Source of the DNA: Klebsormidium nitens
Taxonomy: Eukaryota; Plantae; Klebsormidiophyceae
Assembly (NCBI GenBank): GCA_000708835.1
Contig: DF237203.1
Span: forward strand, 1 to 64,000
Length of the DNA stretch: 64,000 bases
Direction: 5' to 3'
Shown here: positions 25,120-37,741 of the stretch, piece after piece
Layout of the letters: each line of letters opens with the position of its first letter
How positions within the stretch are numbered: the first letter of the stretch is position 1
Translations under genes and position numbers: made by a program
Notes under the pieces: generated by a model
Databases searched by the model: none
What the model saw: only the letters and a program-made list of their open reading frames with translations
What the model was told of the DNA's origin: nothing

Positions 25120-28100
25120 ATGCGGCTGGCCAAAGTGTCCACCTGCAACCTGAACCAATGGGCCATGGACTTTGATGGCAACTTGGCGCGCGTGGTGGCG
25201 TCCATCCGGCAGGCCAAGGCCGCGGGGGCAGTGTACCGCGTGGGGCCGGAGCTGGAGCTGACCGGCTACGGCTGCGAGGACCACTTCCTGGAGGATGACA
25301 CGCTGCAGCATGCGTGAGCTTATCGCCGGGCCCGCGCTGGCTTACTCGCAGAGATCAAGTTCTTCTCAACTGCTCAACTCAAAGCCGGTCCCCAACTGCT
25401 TCTGTCTCTGTGGAGATCTGAAACCAACCTCCACTATTTGGCAGTGACCGGATGTCTGACCTGATTCTAGCTACCACCTTCCTGGGGTGCAATGCTGTGT
25501 GGGCATCCTGTGTCCACCTGTGTCCGCCTGTGCTCCTCCCATGCTTGGGGGCTTTGGACCCCTGGCCCATCTCTTCTCACCTGACCTACTGGCCCCCTGC
25601 TGCGGTGCAGGTGGGAGATGCTGGGCGAGATCCTGGGGGATGAGTCGCTGACGCGGGACATTGTCTGCGACATCGGGCTTCCTGTGGAGTATGGCAATGT
25701 TCGGTACAACTGTCGCGCCTTCGTCCTGAACAGCCGGATCCTCATGGTCAGATTTCACACGCCCCCTCTTCGAGCCCAATGCCCGTGTTTCCAGGTCTCG
25801 AATATAGGTTGCCTGAAATCTCCTACAAGTCTCCTCGAACTTCGTGTCGCGTTGCCCCCGCAGCTACATGTCTTCTCACTTTGAGATCAGTTCTCTGAGA
25901 GGGATTGCCCCTCACACGAACCTTGTTGTGGCAGGTGCGGCCCAAGCTGTATCTGGCCAACGACGGCAACTACCGCGAGACGCGCTGGTTTGCTGGCTGG
26001 AAGCATGCAGGCCGCGTGGTGGACCTCAAGCTGCCGGATGTCATCACGCGGAAGACGGGCCAGAAGACAGCCCCCTTTGGCGACGCGGCGCTCTCGTTCA
26101 ATGACACCATGCTGGGCAGTGAGACGTGCGAGGAGTTGTTCACGCCCAATGCGGCGCACATCCCGCTGGCGCTCAACGGCGTCGAGATCATCTCCAACGG
26201 ATCTGGCTCCCACCACGAGGTCAGCGCCGCAGGATACAGCCAGTATCTCCGATGACAACCAAAGGGGCACTGCACGAAAGAACCTCTGAAGCTTGAATGT
26301 AGAGCCTCAGCCGGAGGAAGCCAGAAATGAACCTCAAAAACCTGACTATCCCTTCCTTTGCCCTTGTAGCAATGCCACCAACCATAAATACATCGTGAAC
26401 AGGCTTGAGGCTTCCTAAGCGTAGATCCGCAACCTTTCAACGCGATCTTTGCCCCATTGTAAAGTTGGGATGACACTCCATCTGACTAGTGTGCATAGCC
26501 AGTCACTCTGAGCTTCGACTGACTCATTGTTTGTGAGCCTTCTGGTACAGTTGCGCAAGCTGAACACACGGCTCGACCTCATTCGGAGCGCCACCCGCAA
26601 GGCTGGCGGGATCTACCTGTATGCCAACCAGCAGGGCTGTGATGGGGGCCGCCTCTACTACGGTGAGCGACCCCCTGCGACATCGACGAATGGCCGACCC
26701 AGGATCACGCCCTGCCTCGCCTCGCTTCTAGCTCCACGGAACTTTTGCGTGTAGTGGAGTATGCCGCAAGGCTCTCATGCTTGTCTGGTGGTGGCTATGC
26801 AGACGGGTGTGCGTGCATCGTGGTGAACGGGGACGTGGTGGCGCAGGGCTCTCAGTTCTCGTTGAAGGACGTCGAGCTCGTCACTGCCGTCGTCGACCTT
26901 GACGCCGTGAGTTCGGCCCGCACATTCTAGGCTCTATTACCTCTGGAGACTGGCCCAATAATTTTTATGGCCCCTTCCTTCCAACCGGTTCTGCTTTCCT
27001 TCTCACCCCACTCTTTGGTTGTTATTTGCTTCTTCCATTCTTGAACACCTCGACCAAAGTCTGGAAGATTTGGACATCGCACCGTTCTCGTTGCTTTCCC
27101 CGTTCTTGACTTTACGGTGCAGCGCCCGACGAACTACTTTTCTTTCGTGACGCTCCACAGTATCCCTGTGCTCATAGCGCCTCCCCAACAAACCTTGTTC
27201 TTGAGCCTCATCACCCCATTCAGAATATTGTCTTGAGAATTGCACACTTCTGCCAGCTCTAGAGTCGGTCCCAGTGGACCGTTATACAATCTCTCGTATA
27301 GTCAAGGGCTTGTTGCGTGTTGGACGCTCTGTCACCCTCGCTCAGTCCCGGTGTGTATTCCCCTGTGTAAGGCTTGCCCTGCTCCTCCTTGTCCCCTTCA
27401 CGCCTTACCGCCGCTCCCCCGCTATTCTGCAGGTGGCGAGTTACCGCGGCGCCATCAGCAGCATGCGCGAGCAGGCCAGCCTGGAGCCGCGCGTGCCGTT
27501 GGTGTCCGTCGACTTCCGCCTCTCCGCCGCCATGGACGGCCTCGACCTCTACCCCTCCCTGCCCATCCAGGTCAGCCCCCCGCATACCCGCCCGCCCACT
27601 CCCACTGAAAACCCCGTCTGGCACCTTCTGCGATTAACTGTTGTCACTTCGTCTGCCCCGTTCATCTCTAAGCTCTGTATCCTTGTAGCGAGCCCCTGCT
27701 GATGGCTGTGTGGTGTGCGTGCTGTGGCTTTAGCCCCGGCTGCACCGGCCGGAGGAGGAGATCGCGAACGGCCCCGCGTGCTGGCTGTGGGACTACCTGG
27801 TGCGCTCCGGCGCGGGCGGCTACCTGCTGCCGCTCTCAGGCGGCGCCGACAGCTCCTCCACCGCCGCCATCACCGGCAACATGTGCCAGCTCGTCATCAA
27901 AGGTGCGCAACCCCGCTCGATGGCTGGCAGCTCGACCATGCCAGTCACGTGAGAGGGCACGGCGCAGAAGGCTAGGCCAAACAGGGAGTCCTTCGCGTTG
28001 GTTAGTGAAGGCTGTCCTGTTCAAACGTACTAGCGTGAATGGGATCTAACTTGTTGTCGACCTCAATAGACCCTTCTCTATTGTATCGTGCCAGCAGAGA

Positions 28101-30055
28101 CGAGACCTCGAGACGAGGCCTGCAATGACTGCCTGGATTAGGCGGACACGGAGCGTTAATTAACTGTCTTCTACCTGCAGAGATCGAGGCGGGCAACGCG
28201 GACGTGCTGGCTGCTGCGCGGCGCGTGGGCCACTACCCGGAGGACGAGACGCCCAAGGACGCCAAGGAGCTGGCGGGCCGCCTCTTCTACACCGTCTACA
28301 TGGGCACCGAAAACAGGTGCGCGCCTCGCCAGCCGCAATACTTCTGTCGAATCTGGCACTCCTTACCAGCGCTGTCTTCAATGCATCCTTCACTCGAAGC
28401 TTGTGGTGTGCTAGCCCTTCCGCGGCCTTCCCTTGCCCCGTGACGAAGCGTGTTGTCTTCACGGGCCTGACTTGTTGCACTGTGAGGTGCAGTTCCGCCG
28501 CGACCAAGAAGCGCGCTGCGAAGCTGGCCGCGGAGATCGGCGCGACGCACCACGCGGTGGTCATCGACACCGTCGTGTCCGCGCTCACCACGCTCTTCCA
28601 GGTCATGACCGGCAAGCGGCCGCGCTACAAGGTGCGCACGGCCGCACTGCTTTGCCGCGTGCCCTGACCGCAGTCACTAACTGTTCGCCTCATGAACCTT
28701 CGAAGCATCGCGTTGCTGAATGTGGCCGCTCTGCTGAGGTATGTTTCGTTTCGTTTTGTTTTGTTTTCGCTCCCCTCTTGGAGCGTGTCCCCTGTGCGTG
28801 ACGCCTCGGCTGCGCGCGCGCAGGTGGACGGCGGGAGCGTGACGGAGAACCTGGCGCTGCAGAACATCCAGGCGCGGCTGCGCATGGTGCTGGCGTTTTT
28901 GCTGGCGCAACTGCTGCCGTGGGTGTACTCCCGCCCCGGCTTCCTGCTCGTGCTGGGCAGCGCCAACGTGGACGAGGGCCTGCGCGGCTACCTCACCAAG
29001 TACGACTGCAGCAGCGCGGACGTGAACCCCATCGGCGGCATCTCCAAGCAGGACCTGCGCCGCTTCCTGCAGTGGGGCGCGGTCCACCTGGGCTACCCCG
29101 CGCTCGCGGAGGTGGAGGCCGCGCCGCCCACCGCGGAGCTGGAGCCCATCCGCGAGAACTACGTGCAGACGGACGAGGCCGACATGGGCATGACGTACGA
29201 GGAGCTCAGCCTGTACGGCCGCCTGCGCAAGATCTACCGCTGCGGGCCCGTCTCCATGTTCCAGCACCTCTGCCACCGCTGGCAAGGTGAGCGCACCCCG
29301 GCCGAGCCGGCACGTTGCCCGGGGACATGTTCCGACGTGATTTGGAGGGGCGAGGACATATTGGCAAAGGCTAACTCTGCTTATCAATGCCTTGCTGCAT
29401 TTCTCGGTGATACTTTTTACGTTGCCCTCTATGAGGCTGCTCGATTCGGCCCTGCCCCATCTGACGCCTGAGCCGTGTGGTTGGGTGCGCGTGCAGGCAA
29501 GCTGTCGCCTGCGGAGGTGGCGGGCAAGGTGAAGGACTTCTTCCGTTTCTACTCCATCAACCGCCACAAAATGACCACGCTCACGCCCTCTTACCACGCC
29601 GAGGTGAGCCCCCCAGCCCGCACAATCCTGTAATCTGCTGGGAACCCTCTTTCCGGACTCTCTTTTGAGCTCTTTTGCTTTTTCCACGGTGCTTCTTTGT
29701 ACGCTCACCTTTTTGCTGGCCTTTGCATTCGCAGAACTACAGCCCCGAGGACAACCGGTTCGACCTGCGCCAGTTCCTGTACAACGTGCGCTGGCCGTGG
29801 CAGTTCCGCAAAATTGACGAGCTCGTAGCGCGCTCGGCCGCCGCCAGCGGGGGCCCCGCCACCGCGCAGCACACCGCGCTGCCGCCGTCCCTGCTGGGCG
29901 AGCTCACCAATGCGGAGCGCGCGGGGGTGGACGTGGACAGCGCGGGGGGCGTCCCGGCCGCGGGGGCAGGACCGCCTCAAACAGTGGAGGCAGTGCACCC
30001 GTCGCGGGCTGCACGGAGCCACCCAGGGGTAGCGAGCAATCACAGCAGGAATTGA
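25120..30055 (+). CDS. QNS1: Glutamine-dependent NAD+ synthetase
   Basis: Twelve exons: 25120-25313, 25611-25746, 25935-26219, 26551-26662, 26803-26906, 27433-27570, 27734-27902, 28181-28316, 28493-28631, 28824-29286, 29497-29603, 29735-30055. Nitrilase triad GPELE / RPKL / ETCEE, PP-loop [24 protein letters not shown] and [16 protein letters not shown]. Confidence 0.97.
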
Positions 30056-30996
30056 AATAAGTAGGACTCACAGCCCAAGTCAAGTGTACTTTGAGAGATG
30101 TATAGCAGAGATTCGAAAATAACAGTCCGTGCTTCCATGCTCTTTACTCATTGTATGCCTCGAAGTGAGTAAAGGCATACAATCTGCCTGGCATGCAAAA
30201 ATCCATCGCTCAGTATAGGTTGATTTCAGAACCTGAGAACTTATACTTTAGGCAAGCGCGTAGAAGTTGATAGTCCCGGTCGCACATGTACATCTCAAAA
30301 CATGTAAGTAGGTTTTCTGAGTGCCTGAACGACCAGCTACAAATCATTGTTTGGGCTTCTGAACCAACGATCGTGGGGACGTTAAGACGGTTGCACTGCA
30401 GCCGGGATCATTGGCGCATGCAGCAAATGAGTTCGTGCATGTAATGCATATATGTGGCGCAGCAAGTGTCAATTTGTCGATCTTATACGCACAAGCCCAT
30501 GATTAATGTCACCGCAGGGTTCAGATTTACTGCAGACACAGCTCGATCGGATGATGTTCGCTTTTCAAACGCCGTAGCCACATGGGCCATATAGGCTTCC
30601 ATGGCATACAATGGGAATCAAGTTAAGTAATTCGACACTTGAACACCTAGCTACCCCACCGCATCTGGGTGGCCGACGTTGCCATGATCATTTGGCAACT
30701 GTACCTGCCATGGCATACGTTATAAGCAGACCGAATATTATATAATGCATAGGCTCGCGATGGGCCCACTGATTAGATATATAACCCATGTATGCAGCTA
30801 GGAAATGTATCGTGTAGCATGCAATCAATGCGGCCGCTCACCAAGATTTGTCGCATCAATGAAGACATGCCAGATTCTCTCTCGACGATGACGAGTCTAC
30901 AAAAGCCCAGTTCAAGTATGATGCTGTACGAAGTCGATACACTGTCACAATTTCCCCGTCTTTCGAGAGTGCATGGCGAGGTTGACCTTAACCTGA

Positions 30997-33281
30997 TCAG
31001 GCCGCTGCCTGCTCAAGTACGTCAACTTCTTTCGACTCCCCCATCTCGTACTTTGTCCTTCCGGGATGCGCCAACAAGCCACCCCCTAAACATACATCAC
31101 CATCGTATAGCACCAAAGCCTGCCGTGGCGTCAACGCCCGCTCGCTCTCCTTGAACCTCACGAGCAGACGTTTGTGGACGGCCCCCTCCTTTTCGGCCAG
31201 CTCCGGAATGTCGACTCGGCTGAAGCTACTCTTCTCGAACCCCCGGCAACTCCGCATCCCTGCTCGCCCCTCCACCAGCCTGACTGTGCACTCCCCCATC
31301 CGTTGCACGTACCTTGCCTTGTACGAGCACACCATCTCTCGCCCGTCCAGCAGTTCCCGTGGTGGCCGCCCCGTGACCCAGAACAGCGGCGCCACCAGTG
31401 CTGTGTCCGAGTATAGCGCAGGGTGGTCCTCCCCGCGGGCCACAAACACAGCATTGTCGCCCACAGATTTCCCGACCACGAACCAGGGCAGAGCCGAACC
31501 TCCGATGCGTGCACGCTGCCCGTTGGTGTACGCCGCAAGCCCGCCATGCGTGCCGACCGGGCGCCCGTCCCCGACGTTCACAAACGGGCCTGGCTGCAGC
31601 GGCACGTACTGCGCAATGAAGCGCTCAAAGCGGCGCTTGCCCAAGAAGCAGATGCCGCGGCTGCTGCGCTTGTTCGCAACCAGCAGGCCTGCATCTGTCG
31701 CCAGCTGGCGCACTTCGCTCTTGAGGGAGCCACCCACCGGGAATAGCACACGCTCCAAAGGGGCGCTCTCCTGCAGAGAAGACAGCCTGGTGAGCAACTG
31801 CAGCTGTGTCGAGCTTTATCACCTGGTGGATTATCGGGAGCCGTGGCACAGACAGCCGCTCGAACTGCTCGATAATCTCTAAGAACTCGGAAGTCAAAAG
31901 CGATATTTGTTGAACACATTTACTTTTTTGAAAGATCTATAGGAAGCGTTACCTTCAGGATGGGGGGCCCTCGCGTCTCAGCTTTCTTTTCGCAGGCTCG
32001 TGATTGCGGGGCTGCTCTGTAGCTGGCTTACCACTTGTGCCAGGAAGTAGCTCTGGTCCTTGGTCGGGTCCTTGCCCCGCAGCAGGCGCCGCGCCCCGCC
32101 CTCCCCCTCCGAGTCGAGGCGTGCGTAGTGGCCGGTGGCCAGCAGGTCGGCCCCCTGGGCGAGCGCGTGGTGCAGCAGGGCGTCGAACTTGATGTGGCGG
32201 TTGCAGGGCAGGTCCGGGTTGGGGGTCAGGCCGCGCGCACACTCGGCCACAAATTGCTCAAACACGTCCGTCCAGTAGCGCCGCACAAAGTCCACCTCGT
32301 GCAGCGGGATGCCTGCGATGGAAGGAGGGGGGTGGAACAGGGAACGGGAACTCAAGCAACCACGGCGAGCTGTGTCCCAAACCCGCCAGGTTTGGTCCCA
32401 GAACCGTCATCTCCGAAGCGAGTCTCATTCTTGAAAACTTCAACGCCGTGCAAAAGCGCTCAGCTTCGGTTGAATGAGTGCTTTCCACGAATGACAGAAG
32501 ATGACAAATGGATATTTGGTAGATCACGCCAATATGTCCAGTTTTGTTTCTTGCACGGCCCCAGAATCTCGCAAGATCCAGGATCTAGGATGCACCACTT
32601 CACTTCTGCAGTATCTTGGCCACTGACTATAAGTCGACCCTTGGCTTAATAAAGAGGAGGCCAGCGAGCAAAATATCGCTTGCTTAGAACATCAAAAGCA
32701 ACTGGGCACATGGAGATGGCCTCACCAAGATGCGCGCACGCTTGTTTGGCGTCCTTGAGGTCCTGGTCCGCCGAGCACTGCCCCGCGTCGTCCTCCTCCT
32801 GTGCATCCCAGTTGCGCATAAACAGCCCCACCACCTCGTACCCTGCCCGCTGCAGCAGCAGTGCGCTCACCGCTGAGTCCACGCCCCCCGACATGCCCAC
32901 CGCCACCACCGGCCGACGCTTGCCAGGCGAGGCGACAGGGAAGGACGTGGGGCCAGGAGGGGGGGAGGTTTGGACGCCCCTGGTGGCCAAGGGTACATAA
33001 TTTGGACTGAAAGAAGGGCGGAAAGCAGCAGCGCACCTGCTGCCCCAGGCTCCAACAAGGGCTTCACTCCGGGTGGGGAGAGCGAGGGGGCCGTGAGATG
33101 AATCCTTGGCGCTGTGCCACAGAATATTGGCAGCTGATGAGAACAGGCCCTGGAGCGAGGGGCTCTTGGGACTAAGCACTGTCGCCCCATTGACTTGCAG
33201 GTTTGGCGGGAGCTTCTGTTCCAAACGTTTGCTCAAAAGGTTGCGGAGCAGAGACGCTGAGCGGGGCGCCAATGACTTCAT
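30997..33281 (-). CDS. mnmA: tRNA-specific 2-thiouridylase MnmA/TRMU, organelle-targeted
   Basis: Exons 33281-32726, 32312-32032, 31770-30997. Motifs [43 protein letters not shown] and SRGICFLG. The start is the first in-frame ATG (MKSLAPRS...). Confidence 0.95.
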
Positions 33282-33347
33282 TTCAATATGCGCCCCTGTT
33301 CCCACCACCACTTGGTGCCTTAATATGGTGTCTAACACAGCCACCAC

Positions 33348-34005
33348 TCAACCCTGCTTCTTGTCTTCTGGCAAAGGCTGGGGAGGTCCCACATCGGTGG
33401 CTCCAGGGGTCTCAAAGAGGGCCTTGGCCTGCTCTTCCGCTGAAACGAGCCCTGTCTCAGCAATGAACCTGCACAACGGGCATGGAAAGATGAAAAGATT
33501 GCCTGCCAAGGAACGAATTTTTTTTCGAAGTAGCCATCACAACAACCGGTAGGAAGCGTAAGAGGAGGACCAGAACACATAGTTTTTGCCAAACTTTACA
33601 TCACCAACAGGTAGATGATCTACTGCATGAGCGAGGACGAGGTCTCTGACGAGGTCTCCAATCATGCTTCATAACGAAGCAAACAGCCATTTTTTTGTAC
33701 CACCGAGTCTCCTTCAAGCAGATTTACACTGACCACAGCAAAGGATGCGCTACAGGCATTGCAGCACCACCTCACCAGTTGAGCAGGCCAAGTAGCGCCA
33801 CCGCACACAGGACCAGGACGATGACGTGAATGACCAAAAACACGTCGTACCCTTGCGCCACCACCGCAAGAAAAGCCAGCACGATGACAAGGGCCACCCC
33901 GGCAACATTCAAAAGGATAAAAGTCGAATGATTAACACCCTCGGAGACAGCTCCTATAAGAACGTCCTCAAACCAGGAGCTTCTGTTTGGGCGCTGCGAG
34001 GCCAT
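33348..34005 (-). CDS. Small ER membrane protein, Pkr1-like (V-ATPase assembly factor family), 116 aa
   Basis: Exons 34005-33776 and 33468-33348 with a GT-AG intron. The protein MASQRP...SEGVNHSTFILLNVAGVALVIVLAFLAVV...VIHVIVLVLCAVALLGLLNWFIAETGLVS... has two hydrophobic helices followed by W-F-I-x-E, as in Pkr1. The family call is recalled similarity. Confidence 0.75.
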
Positions 34006-34113
34006 CTTCTCACAATGCCCTTTCAAGTTTCAAACTTTTTACAGGAGAATGCTGAAAAATGTCGGAGTTTTGCAGTGCTCCCACATTTCCAATTTAGGGC
34101 TTCAGCTTCAAGA

Positions 34114-34158
34114 TTAGGGTTTAGGGTTTGCTTCCCAGGACTTGAAAAATTAGGGTTC
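34114..34158. promoter_or_regulatory. Telo-box cluster in the Pkr1-like/unknown-gene divergent promoter
   Basis: TTAGGGTTTAGGGTTT at 34114-34129 and TTAGGGTTC near 34150-34158. Confidence 0.6.
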
Positions 34159-34447
34159 CCCTCGCAGTCAACGTGGTCGTCGATGAGGTATGTGCATCAG
34201 ATGCTTAAGGCATTGTGCAGCAGAAGCTGGCGCCCCTTTTACTCGTCTGGTTTACTTCGCAGGAGCTGCATTCCTGTCCCTGTAGGCATTCTGCAAACTC
34301 CATCGAATCTGCTCCACGGTTACATAACTGAAGATTTCCAATCTGCAAGAAAGGGAACCTCATTGGTGGTTTCGGCAAGCCGCAAGACCTATCTTTGGTC
34401 CGGATTCTGCAATCTACTGCCATTTACTGTTTTAGCATTCTGTGAAC

Positions 34448-36630
34448 ATGGCAGCCGCAGGAGCGCTGGCGAAGAAGGGCATGCTGGGCCTTTGGTGAGC
34501 ATATTGTGGATTTGCTTCAATTATTGAGCAAGGCTGGTGGTAGGTTTCTTGGAGCAAGACGAATGCCAATGATTGTGAAGATACATCTGTACCATCTGAG
34601 TGCCTGCGTTTTCTTGCTGGGCTGCTGTGCTGAGGTCCACTTCAATGTGCCATCTTGTATAATTCCTGATCTACATACAATCCCCAACCGTTGCAGGTCG
34701 GCAACAAAGAGTGGAGTCAGCGCAGGTAACCTGTTGTAAACATGTAGCATGCCTGGTGGGCTTGAGATCTGCTTATGCATTATGGGCCTTGATTGACGAT
34801 GTGCAATTGGTGGAGTTTCACTTGAATAACAAGCCCCAAATGGTCAGGTTCAATTTGCCAACTGTACCTGTTGATTAATCAAGCTGCTTCTGCTGCAGTG
34901 ACTGAGGCCACCAAGAAAACTAGAGATGCTTACAATACCTATCAGGTGAGAATGCGTTCGGGCTTTCCTGTGTAAGCAATGATCGGATAGGATTTTGTGT
35001 CTATGGGGCAAAGGGATGGTTGCTGTGCATGTGCCTCAGTGACTGAAGCCAACCACCTTTGCCTGAGACAGTGTCATTTGGTGTTTTGATGCAGGAGAAA
35101 GATGTCCTGGCTGGCCTGAAGAAGTCCGGCGTGGAGCCTGTGGATTTGCTGGTGGCATCGTTGCAGGTGCCTTCCTTAGTTCCTTTCTCAATGAAAGCTG
35201 AGGAAGCAACCAAGGTTCAAGTCCTCCGAGAATTCTGGGTGCCTTCTCGAACATTGAACGGCGAAGTTGTGGCTCTGCCTCCGTTCTGATTATGCATGTT
35301 AGAGAGCCTTCAAAGGGGCTCCGCTGCCTACTCGGACTCCCCTTATTCAGTCCTTTCACTGACTGTGACTGCGCTGCTGCTTCTTATGCAGAAATTCTTT
35401 TACCTGAGTGCTGCTGGATACAAGCACGAGTTGGTGGCGGCAGCCCAGGCTGCTGCCTCTCGGCTGCTGGCAGAAGGCAGCAGTGTCCAGCTGGACACGG
35501 TCTTGATTGCGGGCAGAATCCTGGAGGAGGAGACGCTCAAGCGGGGCAGCTTTGAGAAGAGTGAGGCGTTTCTCCATGTATGCCTCAGCTCTGACCACGA
35601 ACACACGCATCGCTTTGCAATCTATTCATTGCCAGAATTGATGTCTCACCTAAACCTGACAGGGGCATGTTTCGCTGTGCAGGTGGCTTCAAGGCCAAGT
35701 TGAACGAGCTTTTGAAGACTGGGCGCGCATCCAAAGAGCACTATGACCGGGATCAGCTGGCACACGACGTGTGAGTCTGTCCAGCGACTTTCCAAGCAAC
35801 GATGCTGTCACAGTTCCCGGGGCTTCCAACCTGATCAGCGGTGATGGTCGAAACTTCCTCCTTGGATGGGCCGCAGCTCCTGTGTATGTAATCCTAAAAC
35901 GTCAAGGTCTCAGGGTCTGAATCTCTGCGTCCTGCAGGTATTACGCCCTGCTGCTGATGAGTGAGGTGGCAGGAGCGAAGGGTGCACAGCTGGCCCACGC
36001 GGTGCGCGCCTGCGCCCTCCGCCTGGTGGAGAGCCCCACTCCGTTCGCTCCCGCCGCCTCAGGCATCTCCATCCCCTCTTTTGACAAGTCGACCTCAGCG
36101 GCAGGCGATGCAGCGGCCGCGGCAATCGCGGCAGTCAACGTCTCTGCCCACTCTGCTCCCCCGAGCGCCCCAGCCATGAGTGGCGCCATCGCTCATGGTG
36201 GACTTCCAGAGACAGTCACTCCGACGGACGAGCAAGCAGATCCCCTCAGGTAGGATGATCAACATCGTGACACACTGATGTGTCAAGCACTTCGAGACTC
36301 AACTGCGCCTATCGATTCTGCCTAGGAAGTGAAGGCTCGCAGAGCTAAAATGAGGACTGCAGAGCATATCAAATCTCAAAGCCAGGGTAAATCGTGGTTC
36401 CAGTTTTGTGCAACCTGAGCGCTCCGAGCCCTGACTAACAAGCATTGATCAATCCTGCTATATGTCCTTGATCATCTCTTTCCAGGTACAAGCTCGTGAA
36501 AGCAATCTACATGGTGGCTTCGGTTTTGAGGAAGGAGGCCGAAGCTGCAGAGGAGAGGCGAGCGAAGAAATTGAGAGATGCAGAAGAGCTGCTGCGAAAA
36601 GAGCAAGCAAGGATGCATGGCGGCATATAA
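34448..36630 (+). CDS. Unidentified protein, 302 aa, with charged coiled-coil-like C-terminus
   Basis: Eight exons (34448-34494, 34697-34725, 34899-34945, 35095-35166, 35392-35560, 35683-35770, 35938-36249, 36486-36630) join into one open frame from MAAAGALAKKGMLGLW... to ...KEAEAAEERRAKKLRDAEELLRKEQARMHGGI. All introns are GT-AG. No family recognised. Confidence 0.8.
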
Positions 36631-37741
36631 CTCTTTCGAAGCAAGTTGCTGCCCCCTCTTGACAATTATTAGTAAGGTCATTTTCAGAGGCTCTGTCAAA
36701 TAGATTCCAACAATATTCGGCCGGATAAGTACGAAGTAAAGACAGCTTGCTTTGGTAAGTCCGAGCTGGTTGTTAGGTAGAGATCATCTTTCTGGCACAG
36801 CCAAAAACGTTTACAGGGTGTACACAGCGAACACAAATCTAAGCAAATGGGATAATACTGCAACTCTTTTCGAAAGGTGCCAAGACGTTGAGCCATATGC
36901 AAGCTAGGTCGAAAAGGACGACACGATGTGGCCGCCCGGTCGGATGCGCCTTATTGCGAGCCGAAAGTGGAAAACCAATGATGCGACTGTACACCGCCTA
37001 GCACACATGTGTGATGCAATGGTTGGTGCATGGATAAAACGGTACACAGCGCTGCAATAACGCACGCGTACGGCATGACGTGATCATTGCTCTTTAGCGC
37101 GCACATGCATGGAGCTGCATAGCATCATCATCATCAAACTAGTCCATTGTAAAAGTCTAATTTGTACGATGAGCTTCAAGTCATGGTTGCCGATCAACTT
37201 GCAAGCTTGATTGAAATTCGGGGACGGTATATATAGCTGTTCGCCATCCACGCTCATGTACTTGTTCTTTTGAAGCACAATTCGGCAATTGCCCCCATGC
37301 AAGCTGCCACTTTGCAAATAAGGACCAGACTGTGATACTTTACTTGATGCAAACTCTATTATTCTCCAAGTCTAAGCGAAGCTAAAAAATTTAGCATCTA
37401 TCTACAAGGGCATTAACCTGAGAAACAGTCAGCAGATGACTACTTACGCAGGTCCGAAAGCCAGACATAGACTAAGCTTCTGCGAGTCTCCTGCAGCTCC
37501 TGTACATAACTGATGCTTCCGTCTAATCAAACGGACATCGTCCCACACAAGATAGGCTAAAATGAGCAACCCAAGCTACTGTACCCAACTCTAAGCTACG
37601 TCCTTGCCTTGTGTCCCTACCTTCTACTTTACGTCTACCAATTCTACAACCTGCCTAGACTTCCGTTCCTCGACGTTGCAATATCAGTAACAATACATCT
37701 CCTGTATGCTTTTCGAATTAAGGCTTCAAATCACTGTTACA

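Noticed and set aside
27003-27245. Charged 80-aa minus-strand ORF inside NAD synthetase intron 6
   Set aside because: No ATG start, splice partners or domain. It is explained by the pyrimidine-rich intron read antisense.
28677-29708. Long antisense ORFs (343 aa here; also 15170-16357, 14112-15029, 52937-53650 and others)
   Set aside because: Mostly shadow frames of GC-rich exons on the opposite strand or frame, with no start context, splice logic or domain motifs. Only 15442-15182 of the 15170-16357 ORF is a real exon (LAG1).
33386-33396. Perfect plant snRNA upstream sequence element GTCCCACATCG on the + strand
   Set aside because: It is the antisense of Pkr1-like codons (GAT GTG GGA). No TATA box at the expected spacing and no snRNA-like sequence follows.
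33826-34527. 233-aa + strand ORF (ATG at 34183, presequence-like) as the start of the unknown gene
   Set aside because: Splicing this frame at the 34494 donor hits a stop at the start of exon 3. The ATG at 34448 gives the only continuous frame. At most it is an upstream ORF.
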